The notes: generated by a model from the sequence alone, not told the origin. A stretch of 64,000 nucleotides of DNA from an uncultured Verrucomicrobiae bacterium (GCA_963812605.1 CAWEWF010000001.1:128001-192000), one strand, 5' to 3'; shown: positions 20,452-30,592, numbered from the stretch's first letter. A program made the numbers and translations.

Positions 20452-23400
20452 TTAAGAATTGGATGATACTCCATTTCGGTCGCATCCATCAACGCAAACA
20501 CGGTCAAGTTGTTGGGATGCTCGCTGGTGATTGCCCAACGCGCGACGCAGTACATCGGCTCGTCCCGGTGGCAGTCCCGCGAACGCCTCGCAGATTTGGA
20601 GAATGTGCTCTTCGTACACAACCATTCCGTAGGTGCTTTTCAAGCATCCCGATAATGACGGATGCGGGTAGATGGTTGACTCCAACCCCTGATAACGACG
20701 CGTGAAGTGTTGTTTCTTGTTTTCGTTCGCGGCACCGGGACGAATCACGCTGACGATAGCGATCAGCCCGTCGATCTGGTGCACATTGCACATCCGGCAC
20801 AATGAGAGCATCGCAGGACTCTCGATGTGATGCACAGCCCGTGCGCCACCGTCCGCGATCATCTCCCACACGGCTTGATCCTCCCACGGCTCAAGACCGC
20901 TAAGGTCAACGGCGATCCCCCGCGAGGCCAGCGACTGTCGGGTGTCTCGCATCGCGGCCAGTCCGCCCTGCGCAAGGATGTCGATCTTGACCAACCCGAT
21001 TGATTCGACCGCATCCATATCGAAATGCGTGGTCGGGTAGCCTTTGTTCGACTCGAAGCACGGCACCAGGTCGGTCATCGGGACACTCGACAGCACGAGG
21101 CCGCACGGGTGCATTTTTGGATAACGCGGGAATCCGTCGAGAAACTGCGCCATCTGCAACGCGGACTTGTAAGGTTCCTCGTTGACTGGCAGATCCCGGA
21201 CCTCCTGTGTTTGTGCGACAGCCTCGACGAGATCGCGGGCCGATGCGTTCGGAATCTTTTCAGTAAATCGTCGCACTTGGTATTCTGATACCCCAAGCAC
21301 TTTGGCGACCTCCGCGAAGGCGCTACGGGCTTGAAAAGTTGAGAGGCCACCAACAACAGCCGTGTGGGCTGTCCCATAACGCTCGAAGATCAGGTCAACG
21401 ACATCATCCTTCCGGTCATGAGCGAAATCCAAGTCGATGTCCGGCAACTTGTTCAGCGCCATCCGATCCTTGTTGAGGAAGCGGCGGAAGTAGAGATCGA
21501 AGCGGATTGGGCAGACATCGCTGATCCGGAGGCAATAGCAGACGAGCGAGTCGGCAGCGCTACCACGAGTGATCCATTCGATGCCGCGTCGTCGGCACTC
21601 CTGCAGGAAGTCCCAGACGACAAGGAAATACTCCTCGTAGCCGACCTCGGCGATGATAGTCAGCTCCTCCTCGAGCTGTGACAACACCTGGCCTTCGCGG
21701 TGCGGGTACCGTTGCCGCAGCCCGTCCAGGACCAACTTCCGCAGAAACAACCGCGGTGTCGATCCATCCGGCGGTTTGAACGAAGGGAAGTGCAGTTGTC
21801 CGAAATCGAAATCAAAGGAACAGCGCTCAGCGATTTCGGTGGTTCGGGCCAGCACATCGTCGCGACCGCAGTAGACCTCGCGCACCTCGGCTGCCGTAAG
21901 GAAATGAAAGTCACCGTCGAGGCGCTTATCGGGATGCGCCTGCCGCAGCAGCGTCAGTGTGCGGACGCTCTGCACGACATCATATTTCCAGCGGTCTGCC
22001 GGCTCGGCATGGTGGATCGCGGGTAACGCGACATCAGCCGCGTTGTAGAATCGTTGCGGGAAATGACGCTCAAGTAATTTATCCTGACTGACTGCGATTA
22101 AGCCGGCTGTGTCGTGCTCCAGAAGCGTCTCAGGGCGAGTCAGAATCCGGCACAGATTCCGGTATCCCGTCGTGTTCTGGACAAAGAGCAGTAATGGCAA
22201 GCGACCTCTACGAATCTCCGCACCAATGATCGGCCTGATGGCCGCCGCCTTTGCGGCGGTTGCGAACTCGACGGCCCCGTGCAGATTGTCGGTATCGGTA
22301 ATGGCGACGGCGGGGAGATGCCGGTGGACGGCGAGATCGACGATGGCCTGGATGGACAAGGTCGAATTCAGGAAGGAATAGTAACTGTGGACATTCAGGG
22401 GGACGTATTGGGTCGTGGTTGGACGAGGACCGGTTCGTTTGGCTGCAACTGAAGAAACCGTCTGTGGCTGCTTCAATTGGCGCTTGAGTAGCAAATCATG
22501 GCCGCGCATTACAACCGAACGCCCGTGACTACCGCGAAGTTCATCGATCACCCGCGATAAGTGACGACGTGCCTCGTGTTGCTGGGTGTCCGTATCCAGC
22601 GGTAGTTCTGTGCGAACGAAGCCCTCATAGAGATTCGAGAACTTCAACGATACCAGCCGCAAGCTGACGCGCCGCTTCCACGCCTGCCTGAGCATGGGTC
22701 GAAATCGCGAATAAAGGTCCGTTTCAAGATCCGTGGGTTCCGCAAGGCTTTCACTGCGCTGATCCTCGGCCATGTCGTTGTAGCGCACTTTGACTGTCAC
22801 TGTCCGGACGCTCATGCCATCTTCGCGTACCTTGGCCATGAGCCCATCTGCCATCCGTCGGAGCGTCGCCTCGATGAACTCCTCGTTCGTCGTGTCCTCG
22901 GCAAAAGTCTCCTGTTGGCCGTAGGACTTGGCAGGTGCGGCTTCGCGTATGACGGGCCGATCGTCGCGCCCATTGGCGAATTCTCTGATTTGCAGGGCCC
23001 CACGACCAAGGAGCATCGCCAGCAAATCGACCGGCGTGGCGGCGATTTGTCCGACGCGCGCCAGACCAGCGGTGTTCAGTCGCTCAGCAGTCTTCGGTCC
23101 GATGCCCGGTAGCCAGCGATTGGCTAGTGGATGCAAGAAGTTTATCTCATGTCCGCGTGGGACCATCGTGAACGCGGCCGGCTTGTTTAGCTTCGACGCG
23201 ATCTGGCTGATCAATTTGTTGCTGCCGATACCTTCGCTGACAGTAATCTTGAGGGATTGATGTATAGCAGTTCGGAGCGTCTGCGCAATGTCGGTGGGGG
23301 ATTTCCTCGCGCCGGTCAAGTCGAGGTAGCCCTCATCAATTGAGCCGACTTCGACATCGGGCGTGAAGTCGTGAGCGTATGAAAACATCCAGCGGGAGAA

Positions 23401-23643
23401 CCGTTCGTACTTGTCGTAATCGCCGGGGAGGACGATCAACCTCGGACACAATCTGCGGGCGCGCACTGTCGGCATTGGGGTGAAAACTCCGAATTTCCGC
23501 GCTTCGTAGGATGCTGAAGCGATGATGCCGCGTTTTTCCCCGCCGACCGCGATGGCCTTACCACGCAGACGAGAATCGGAGGCTTGCTCCACCGACGCGA
23601 AAAAAGCATCGGCATCGAGATGGACGATGGCTCGGGATGACAT
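20452..23643 (-). CDS. Fusion of Y-family DNA polymerase (DinB/Pol IV-like) and DnaE (PHP plus Pol III alpha), C-terminally truncated
   Basis: One 1063-aa ORF. PolY: HLDADAFFASVE, SYEAR, SIDEGYLD. PHP: NVHSYYSF, AITD. DnaE: RGSAADS, PDIDLDF, HPCG, KIDIL. Homology ends after RADVLRRALG (about 20535). Confidence 0.93.
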   Translation of the reverse strand: MSSRAIVHLDADAFFASVEQASDSRLRGKAIAVGGEKRGIIASASYEARKFGVFTPMPTVRARRLCPRLIVLPGDYDKYERFSRWMFSYAHDFTPDVEVGSIDEGYLDLTGARKSPTDIAQTLRTAIHQSLKITVSEGIGSNKLISQIASKLNKPAAFTMVPRGHEINFLHPLANRWLPGIGPKTAERLNTAGLARVGQIAATPVDLLAMLLGRGALQIREFANGRDDRPVIREAAPAKSYGQQETFAEDTTNEEFIEATLRRMADGLMAKVREDGMSVRTVTVKVRYNDMAEDQRSESLAEPTDLETDLYSRFRPMLRQAWKRRVSLRLVSLKFSNLYEGFVRTELPLDTDTQQHEARRHLSRVIDELRGSHGRSVVMRGHDLLLKRQLKQPQTVSSVAAKRTGPRPTTTQYVPLNVHSYYSFLNSTLSIQAIVDLAVHRHLPAVAITDTDNLHGAVEFATAAKAAAIRPIIGAEIRRGRLPLLLFVQNTTGYRNLCRILTRPETLLEHDTAGLIAVSQDKLLERHFPQRFYNAADVALPAIHHAEPADRWKYDVVQSVRTLTLLRQAHPDKRLDGDFHFLTAAEVREVYCGRDDVLARTTEIAERCSFDFDFGQLHFPSFKPPDGSTPRLFLRKLVLDGLRQRYPHREGQVLSQLEEELTIIAEVGYEEYFLVVWDFLQECRRRGIEWITRGSAADSLVCYCLRISDVCPIRFDLYFRRFLNKDRMALNKLPDIDLDFAHDRKDDVVDLIFERYGTAHTAVVGGLSTFQARSAFAEVAKVLGVSEYQVRRFTEKIPNASARDLVEAVAQTQEVRDLPVNEEPYKSALQMAQFLDGFPRYPKMHPCGLVLSSVPMTDLVPCFESNKGYPTTHFDMDAVESIGLVKIDILAQGGLAAMRDTRQSLASRGIAVDLSGLEPWEDQAVWEMIADGGARAVHHIESPAMLSLCRMCNVHQIDGLIAIVSVIRPGAANENKKQHFTRRYQGLESTIYPHPSLSGCLKSTYGMVVYEEHILQICEAFAGLPPGRADVLRRALGNHQRASQQLDRVCVDGCDRNGVSSNS

Positions 23644-23749
23644 CTGCCTCCAGTCCGCCTCCTTCGTCGTCCCCGTTCTCGGGATGTTGTGGGCCGGTTA
23701 AGGCAAGGAGGTAGGACCGACAACGAGGACGACGGTGAAGGCAAATTGA

Positions 23750-24367
23750 TTATTTTCGTTTGCGCATCAAGGCCACCATCACCCCTTGGATGACCAGTTC
23801 AGTCGCGGGAATCAATTTGGGGTATTTGGGGTTCTCGGCTTTCAAGTACGGCTTCCCGCGTTCCGTGAGGAAAGTCTTCAAGGTGCTTTCGTTGTCAATC
23901 AGTGCCGCAACCGTGTCCCCGGGGCGGGGCTCTAAACCATGTTCGAAGACCGCTACATCCCCGTCGACAATGTATTTACCGATCATCGAATCGCCCCGGA
24001 CGCGGAGGGCAAAGGTGCGGGCCGTTGGACGGATGCCTAAAGTCGCGACATCGACGCTGACGCAACCCTCCGCCTCTTGCTTCTGTTCCTCGGCGAAGCC
24101 GGCAGGAATCGATCCGAAAAGGGGAATGTCAACGACTTGGCTACGAAGTTTGTCCAGCGGGGACACAAGATGCAAAGAACGGTCGCGTCCAGGAAGGCGT
24201 TTAAGTTCGCCCTTAGAGATCAATACCCGGATATGGTCTACGGCTGCGGTGACGCTGCGGAAACGGAAATGTCGCGCAATCTCCCGCAGGCTCGGGGTTT
24301 CCCCTGTCGTCTTGTGATGGAAACGGATAAACGCTAGCACCTGTTTTTGACGCTTGGTTAATTCCAT
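23750..24367 (-). CDS. lexA: LexA family repressor
   Basis: LTKRQ, TPSLREIA wHTH, IPAG cleavage site, VRGDSM (Ser), TLKTF (Lys). Confidence 0.93.
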   Translation of the reverse strand: MELTKRQKQVLAFIRFHHKTTGETPSLREIARHFRFRSVTAAVDHIRVLISKGELKRLPGRDRSLHLVSPLDKLRSQVVDIPLFGSIPAGFAEEQKQEAEGCVSVDVATLGIRPTARTFALRVRGDSMIGKYIVDGDVAVFEHGLEPRPGDTVAALIDNESTLKTFLTERGKPYLKAENPKYPKLIPATELVIQGVMVALMRKRK

Positions 24368-24403
24368 ACTGTACACTGTACAGTTATCCGATTAGGGTGT
24401 CAA
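24368..24403 (-). promoter_or_regulatory. Sigma70 promoter of leaderless lexA with overlapping palindromic operator
   Basis: Minus strand reads TTGACA (24403-24398), 17 bp, TACAGT (24380-24375), 7 nt, ATG. Palindrome ACTGTACA-C-TGTACAGT at 24368-24384. Confidence 0.8.
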
Positions 24404-24442
24404 TAGGCTCGAATGGACTGAGGCAATTAGTAAAATGGTTGT

Positions 24443-25201
24443 ATGACCGGTAGAGAAACATCAGCGCACGCCACGCTCAAGAAACTGGCCCTGAATTGGG
24501 CGCAACGGCAAGGGTACCCCATCTGCGGACACGAGATCCGTCTCCCCCACTCCAACTACAGCGCCGATGTTGTGGCATACAGGCCAGCGACCGAGCGTCT
24601 CCCGCTGTCTGGGAACGGAAAGACACCGTCCCGGTTGGTTCGCCAACCGGTTGTGGGAGCTACTGCGGTATTCGAGTGCAAACAAGCGAGAGCTGATTTC
24701 CTGAAGGACTCGCACAACACTGCCGAGACAGCGCGACGGTTGCAGGCGTTCGACGAACGACGGCGGACGTTGGAGCGATTGTTGGGGATGCACCAGCCTT
24801 CCTTGCGGAAGGGCGAGTCGCTGTTTGCCGAATACGACGCCATCGACATTTCCAATTTCGAGCATAAGACCTACCGTAAGGTGGTTCGGGAGATCTCGAT
24901 TCTGCAGGCTCGACTCTATGGCAAGACCAAGTTCGACAAAGTTGCACGGTACAAGTGTGCGAACCTTTGCTACCTGGTGGTCGAGGAGGGAATCCTCCAG
25001 GTTCACGAAGTACCGTTGGATTGGGGTTTGCTGGTTCGGCGGGACGAAGAACTGCTGTTGAAGAGAATGCCGGTGTGGCAGGATGTGCCAGTCCCGACAC
25101 GATTGGAACTGCTGCAGCGAATCGCGCATACCGCAACACGGCGTCTGAATCGGGTCTCGGGCCAGTCAGACGAAAATTCAGTGGACGAGTTGTCTGCTTG
25201 A
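24443..25201 (+). CDS. MmcB-like PD-(D/E)xK nuclease-fold protein
   Basis: HEIRLP...ADVVAY...FECKQARADFLKD...CYLVV...VPLDWGLL; divergent from lexA; TAAAAT lies 6 nt before the ATG. Confidence 0.6.
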   Translation: MTGRETSAHATLKKLALNWAQRQGYPICGHEIRLPHSNYSADVVAYRPATERLPLSGNGKTPSRLVRQPVVGATAVFECKQARADFLKDSHNTAETARRLQAFDERRRTLERLLGMHQPSLRKGESLFAEYDAIDISNFEHKTYRKVVREISILQARLYGKTKFDKVARYKCANLCYLVVEEGILQVHEVPLDWGLLVRRDEELLLKRMPVWQDVPVPTRLELLQRIAHTATRRLNRVSGQSDENSVDELSA

Positions 25202-25401
25202 AATTCGTCGTTGGTAGGACTACACCCTCAAAATATCGGAGCACCTGTCTCGGTTGTGGGAAAAACTACACGGACACAGTGGCGTGGTTTGCCGAACACT
25301 GGCGGAGTTGTTCTGCTTGCGGGGCGGTAATTGACCTCAGACCGCTATTGGCGCAGATCGAGGAGATGAGACGGCCATTCGTGAAAGCGGATTCAGGCTA
25401 G
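25198..25401 (+). CDS. Small zinc-ribbon protein
   Basis: TTG start overlaps the upstream stop; CLGC...VAWF...CSACGAVID; similar to 35892-36083. Confidence 0.5.
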   Translation: MKFVVGRTTPSKYRSTCLGCGKNYTDTVAWFAEHWRSCSACGAVIDLRPLLAQIEEMRRPFVKADSG

Positions 25402-25526
25402 GGGGCTTTGCGCTTCTTCTTCGGCGGCGGTTTGCCCTTGAGAATCTTATGGGTAATCTTGCCGCTAGAGTGGACAGTCGCTTCAACCCAGACCTTTTTC
25501 AGCTTCGGCTTGATAGGCGCTATCAT
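25398..25526 (-). CDS. 42-aa Lys/Pro-rich small protein
   Basis: MIAPIKPKLKKVWVEATVHSSGKITHKILKGKPPPKKKRKAP; GGAGG immediately upstream; below the ORF-track size cut-off. Confidence 0.4.
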   Translation of the reverse strand: MIAPIKPKLKKVWVEATVHSSGKITHKILKGKPPPKKKRKAP

Positions 25527-25644
25527 CCCTCCGATTTACCCCTACGGGGCGGAGCCGTCAAGACCGGCAAAGAATTTCAAATTACGACACTACCCGCTTC
25601 TTTGATGGCTTGAATTAATTCGTTGCTGGGACAAAACTGGATGC

Positions 25645-26319
25645 ATGTGCGGCCGCTACACGCTGTCAACCGATCTCAAAATAATCGCCAAGCGTTTCGC
25701 TGCGACGGTCGCAGACGAGATTCCATCGGTTGTGCAACGTTACAACATCGCACCCACGCAAAAAGTGATTGTGGTTAGCGACGGCGGTCAGCGTGTCATT
25801 AAACAGATGCGCTGGGGACTGATTCCGTCCTGGGCCAAAGACGCCAGCATCGGCAACCGGATGATTAACGCACGAGCCGAGACTCTCGCCGAGAAGCCCG
25901 CGTTTCGCGCCGCGCTGAAAAAACGCCGTTGCATCATTCCGGCGGACGGATTCTACGAGTGGCAGAAACTTGGCGAGGGGAAGCAGCCCCTTCGCATCGT
26001 TCTGAAGAGCCGGGAGCCGTTCGGATTCGCCGGGTTGTGGGAGCACTGGAAGTCGCCAGAAGGTGAGGAGGTCCTGAGTTGCACTATCATCACGACAGCA
26101 GCAAACGAGCTACTAAAAGCCGTTCATGAGCGGATGCCGGTGATTTTGACGCGGGACGCTGAGGCCGCGTGGCTCGACCCGAAGACACAAGACCCTGAGA
26201 GGTTGCTGCCACTGCTGAGGCAGTATCCAGCCGAAGAAATGGAGTTTTACAAGGTGTCCCGTGATGTAAATTCGCCAGCCATTGACGAAGCGAGCAACAT
26301 CGAGCCGCTTGCGGAGTGA
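25645..26319 (+). CDS. SOS response-associated peptidase (SRAP, YedK/HMCES family)
   Basis: N-terminal MCGRY; RYNIAPTQ, RWGLIPSW, INARAET, GFYEW, HERMP. Confidence 0.95.
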   Translation: MCGRYTLSTDLKIIAKRFAATVADEIPSVVQRYNIAPTQKVIVVSDGGQRVIKQMRWGLIPSWAKDASIGNRMINARAETLAEKPAFRAALKKRRCIIPADGFYEWQKLGEGKQPLRIVLKSREPFGFAGLWEHWKSPEGEEVLSCTIITTAANELLKAVHERMPVILTRDAEAAWLDPKTQDPERLLPLLRQYPAEEMEFYKVSRDVNSPAIDEASNIEPLAE

Positions 26320-26361
26320 GGATGAGCCTGCAAACGACAACAGGGAGCAGAGCAGACGTGG

Positions 26362-27814
26362 CTACAACGCTTCCGCCGCCCGCGCAACGCCGCGCAGCAT
26401 CCCCCCAAATACCAGCTGGTGCAAAGGCCAGACGCCGTACCAATATGCCAGTCCCCACAGCCCCACCGGATCAAAAATCGCCGTCTGTCGGATGACCGCA
26501 CCTTTCTCCGCTGATTCGACCACGAACTCCAGCCAGGCGCGGCCCGGCAACTTCATTTCGGCAGACAACAGTAATCGTTTGTTCGGCTCCACCACCTCCA
26601 CCCGCCAACAGTCCACGGTATCGCCGACACGGAACTTCTCTGGATCGCGCCGCCCGCGCCGCATGCCGACGCCGCCCAACACCAAGTCCATCCAGCCCCG
26701 CAACCTCCACAACCAATTGGCATAGTACCAACCGGTCCGCCCACCAATGCGATAAATCGGGGCAAAAGCCAATTCGGGCTTCACTGGCACCCGCATTGAG
26801 CGCACGTCTACCAGCCGGTTCCCAAACCGCACACCGCCCCAGACCCGACCCGTGCCCGAGGCCGACAGCGCATCCGTCCACCGGGTTTGCGCGCTATCGT
26901 GGTCCTCGTTGCGCAATGCCCGCGCAATCGCCTCCGTCATGCCGACCGGCTCAATTGTAAACGCGTGCCGCGCCGTGCCATCTCGCACCACCGTCGGATG
27001 GCGGATGCTGTCAATCAACTTCCGTCCTACCCGCGCATACAACGGCGTCACCAACCCAAGCCACAAGCTCGACAGCCGCGGTGTCAACACCGGCACGGGG
27101 ATCATCCATCGCCGCAGCCCGCGCTGCCGGGCATACTCGCGCATCAGATCGGCGTACGACACCACATCCGGCCCGCCCACTTCGAATGTCGCGGAACCCG
27201 TGTTCGGCAACTCCAGCGCCGCCAACAGATAGGCGAGCATATCATTGATCGCAATCGGCTGGGCCAGCACGCGCACCCACCGGGGTGTCACCATGATCGG
27301 CAGCCGTTCCACCAATGCACGAATCATCTCGAAGGACAGACTGCCAGACCCGATAATGATCGAAGCGCGAAACTCGATCACTGGCACTCCGGCGGCGCGC
27401 AGGATTTCACCAACCTCATGCCCGACTGCGCAGATGCGGCGACAGATCGCTGGCATCCTCGCCCAAACCACCGAGGTAAATGATTCGCCCCACCCCGGCG
27501 GACTTCGCCGCCGCCGCGAAATTCTGTGCAGCCCGCCGGTCTTGTTCCTCGAAGTTGCCCGCCGAGCCCATCGAATGGACGAGATAATACGCAACCGCCA
27601 CACCTTCCAAAACGGGGCGTATGGACTGGGCGGTGACCAGATCACCGGCAACCACTTCCACGGCGACTGGCACGCGTTTACGCAGGTGTTCCGGTTGCCG
27701 CGCTAGGCAGCGGACCCGGCACCCAGACTTCGTGAGTTCCGCCAGCAACCGGCCCCCAACGTAACCGGTGGCACCGGTCAGCAAAACGAGTTTTGGTTGG
27801 ATGTCAGGCGACAT
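26362..27814 (-). CDS. SDR/NAD(P)-binding protein with DUF2867 C-terminus (YbjT-like), frameshift near 27420
   Basis: TGATGYVGG, YYLVHSM, SPHLRSR/HEVG across the frameshift; AEMKLPGRAWLEF. Confidence 0.85.
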
Positions 27815-27925
27815 TGGACAATTACGATACCATATATCGAGAGTTTGCTATCGTCGCCAGATTCCGCTTTCCCGTGGCATATTCGTGGCGCAGATGTACT
27901 GAACGACAGCATGTCAGCCAAGATT

Positions 27926-28645
27926 CTATACAGTCAGATGGTGCAGGTCACTACCCATGGCCCGCTGGCGTTCTTGCTGGATGACACGCTGCTGACTAGA
28001 CCACAGATCTTCAAATGCACGCTGCAATTGCTCCTTACTTTCGCCATGTTCGGCGATTACCGCCAGGAGCTTTTTATTGGTCGTCTGAAGTTGCTGGGTT
28101 CGGTCACCGACGATTCGTTCCAGATTTTCCATTTGGTTCCTCACTTGGCGAAGCAGACGCCACTTCTCTGTCAGCGCAGTTGCCAGTTGCAGGATTTCCA
28201 CCGTGTCAAACGGCTTCTTGAGAAACAGCAAATGGTCCGAGTTTCCGAGCTTGCCAATGATTTCGTCCCACGAATAATCCGAGTATGCTGTGCAGATTAC
28301 CACTTGTAGATCGGCATCGGCTTCCCAGAGCTTCTGCGTCGTCTCAATTCCGTCCCAACCGGGAGGCATCCTCACGTCCACAATCGCCATCGCGTATGGC
28401 CGTCCGGTTTGAAGGGCCTGCCGCAACTGCCCCAAACCTTCCTCGCCTTGGTAGGCGGAGTCGATCTCGAAGACCGCGGACTTGCGGACACTGACTGGTT
28501 TGTCGAACAGCTTGGCCTCCGATTCCTCCAATGCCGTTGCGTAGACATTGGAGGGGCACAGGATTTTTCGGAAATCTTCGTGAATCGCGCGATTGTCGTC
28601 GATCACCAGAATTCGGTAGTTTTTGGTAGCATCATCATTGTTCAT
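27926..28645 (-). CDS. Response regulator, apparently a truncated hybrid kinase
   Basis: VIDDN, DVRMPPGWDG, LKKPF; ends in a coiled coil and QQERQRAMG with no kinase domain. Confidence 0.8.
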   Translation of the reverse strand: MNNDDATKNYRILVIDDNRAIHEDFRKILCPSNVYATALEESEAKLFDKPVSVRKSAVFEIDSAYQGEEGLGQLRQALQTGRPYAMAIVDVRMPPGWDGIETTQKLWEADADLQVVICTAYSDYSWDEIIGKLGNSDHLLFLKKPFDTVEILQLATALTEKWRLLRQVRNQMENLERIVGDRTQQLQTTNKKLLAVIAEHGESKEQLQRAFEDLWSSQQRVIQQERQRAMGSDLHHLTV

Positions 28646-30573
28646 AGTTTCTCCCGTTCCTTCCGCAATGGCAGGGACAACGTGAAGGTTGCTCCTCGGC
28701 CCGGCCCGTCACTGTGTACGTGCAGGTTCCCTCCCAGGTCCTTTGCCGCGAGGGCACCGCTGTGCAGTCCAAACCCGTGCCCGTTCTTTCGTGTTGTAAA
28801 TCCGTGCTCGAAGATGCGCGTGAGATGCTCCGGCGGTATCCCCACGCCGTTGTCAATTACGCAGACCTTAACAAAACCATCGCCGTCCGTCTCCACGCGA
28901 ACCGTCAACCGCTTGTCTTTTCGCCCACTATCATTTAAGGCGAACTTGGCATTTCGCACCAGGTTGACGAGAATCTGTAGCACCTTGTGCTTATCCACAG
29001 GAACCGACGGCGTGGTGGTATATTCGCGCACCACTTGCACTTCATGGCGCGCGAGGGCGCTGACATTCATACGGAGTGCGTCTTCCACCAGGTCCACGAT
29101 GGCCAGTGTCTCCACGATGCCCGACGCGCTGGCGTAGTTTTGCTGCATGTTCACGATCACTTTGATGTGTTCGATATTCTTGTTCAGTGATTCGAGTTCA
29201 TTGAGCATCTCGTCCTGCTCGTAAATCAAGTGTTGAGCCAGGGTACTAAAGTAGCTAACCAGTTGCGTCCCCTTCGGGTGCTTGGTGAGAAACCCGGCCA
29301 AATCGTTCTCGTGCTCACGCATTAAGGCGACGGCTTTGGCTAAATCCGGCGCTTTGGACTTTTGAACCTTCTCGGACACCAATCCGGCCGAGACGTTGAC
29401 GCTATTGAGCACATTGCCGACGTTATGCAGAACGTTGGTGGCGACTTCGGCCATGCCCGCGCAACGAGAAGCTTCCAGGAGTTGCCCGTGGATGTTCTCC
29501 ATCTCTGCCTGCGCTCGCTTGCGCTCGGTGACATCGCGAGAGTTGATGATGATGCCGGCCACGCCCGGATCGGCCAACAGGTTCCTGGCTTTCGATTCGA
29601 GGTAAATCCACGAGCCATCCTTGTGGCGGAAGCGGTATTCGGCGGACGCGATTCCTTCGGGCGCTTCGGCAACCCGCCTCAATTGTTCCGACACAGGCTT
29701 CACATCGTCAGCGTGAATGTAATCGAGCGCGATGTTGCCGATCAACTCGTCGGGAGCGAAGTCCAGAAGACGTTTGGCCGACGGACTGACATAGCGGAAC
29801 CGATTGTCCTGATCGATGATTGTGATGATGTCGCTTGCATTCTCGATCAGCGAGCGAAAATGCTGTTCGCTATCTTGCAGGGCCTTGTCGCGGCCCTGGA
29901 TCTGGGCGAGCATCTCGTTGAACGCGTCAATCAAGGTGCCGACCTCGAATGAGGCGCCGGAGAGTTTGCGCGCGCGCACCTCGTAATCCTTGCCGACAGA
30001 TACTTCTTTCGCCGTTGCTGCCAGTTGGAGGATCGGCTCCGAGATCAGCCTCTGCAGCCGGTTCGACAATAACAGCGCGGCAAACATCGACATCAGCAAC
30101 ACCCCCAAGCCGATGCCGGCGTAGCGGGTCAGCCGCTCGTGTAATTCCAGCAGTTCCTCTTGCAAGTACATGGTACCGATCAGTTCGCCGTTGTGAATGA
30201 TGGGCCGATACAGAGCCAAATAGTCGTCCGTAAAGAACTCACCGCTCGCGACGGGTTTGGGTGGAACCCAGCCTTTCAGGTCACTCCGAACATACGAAGC
30301 AAACACTCGATTGTCTGGCGTGAATATACAAGCGGCCATGAGGTGTGCCTTGGCCTTTAGTGTAGCCAGCGTCCGTTCGGCGGATTTCGCATCATCGAAG
30401 GTGATGGCTGCCGCGCAGGTCCCGCCGATTAATGTGGCCAACATGGCGTGATCATCGACCACTGTTTGCCGGAAGGAGACCCAGTCGTAGGCGACGAAGG
30501 TCGTGCTGGCTAGTAGCAGTGCGACAACGCTGGTCAGCATAATGATCAGCATCAGCTTGTTCTTGAGGGACAT
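28642..30573 (-). CDS. Membrane sensor histidine kinase (periplasmic sensor, HAMP, PAS)
   Basis: Two TMs, HAMP, PAS/PAC; [32 protein letters not shown]. Confidence 0.92.
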   Translation of the reverse strand: MSLKNKLMLIIMLTSVVALLLASTTFVAYDWVSFRQTVVDDHAMLATLIGGTCAAAITFDDAKSAERTLATLKAKAHLMAACIFTPDNRVFASYVRSDLKGWVPPKPVASGEFFTDDYLALYRPIIHNGELIGTMYLQEELLELHERLTRYAGIGLGVLLMSMFAALLLSNRLQRLISEPILQLAATAKEVSVGKDYEVRARKLSGASFEVGTLIDAFNEMLAQIQGRDKALQDSEQHFRSLIENASDIITIIDQDNRFRYVSPSAKRLLDFAPDELIGNIALDYIHADDVKPVSEQLRRVAEAPEGIASAEYRFRHKDGSWIYLESKARNLLADPGVAGIIINSRDVTERKRAQAEMENIHGQLLEASRCAGMAEVATNVLHNVGNVLNSVNVSAGLVSEKVQKSKAPDLAKAVALMREHENDLAGFLTKHPKGTQLVSYFSTLAQHLIYEQDEMLNELESLNKNIEHIKVIVNMQQNYASASGIVETLAIVDLVEDALRMNVSALARHEVQVVREYTTTPSVPVDKHKVLQILVNLVRNAKFALNDSGRKDKRLTVRVETDGDGFVKVCVIDNGVGIPPEHLTRIFEHGFTTRKNGHGFGLHSGALAAKDLGGNLHVHSDGPGRGATFTLSLPLRKEREKL

Positions 30574-30592
30574 GTTGCAGGCTGGGCGCATG

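Noticed and set aside
23644-23749. imuA-like gene between lexA and the polymerase fusion
   Set aside because: The gap is only 106 bp, and the overlapping 102-aa ORF (23436-23744) is low complexity with no RecA-like motif.
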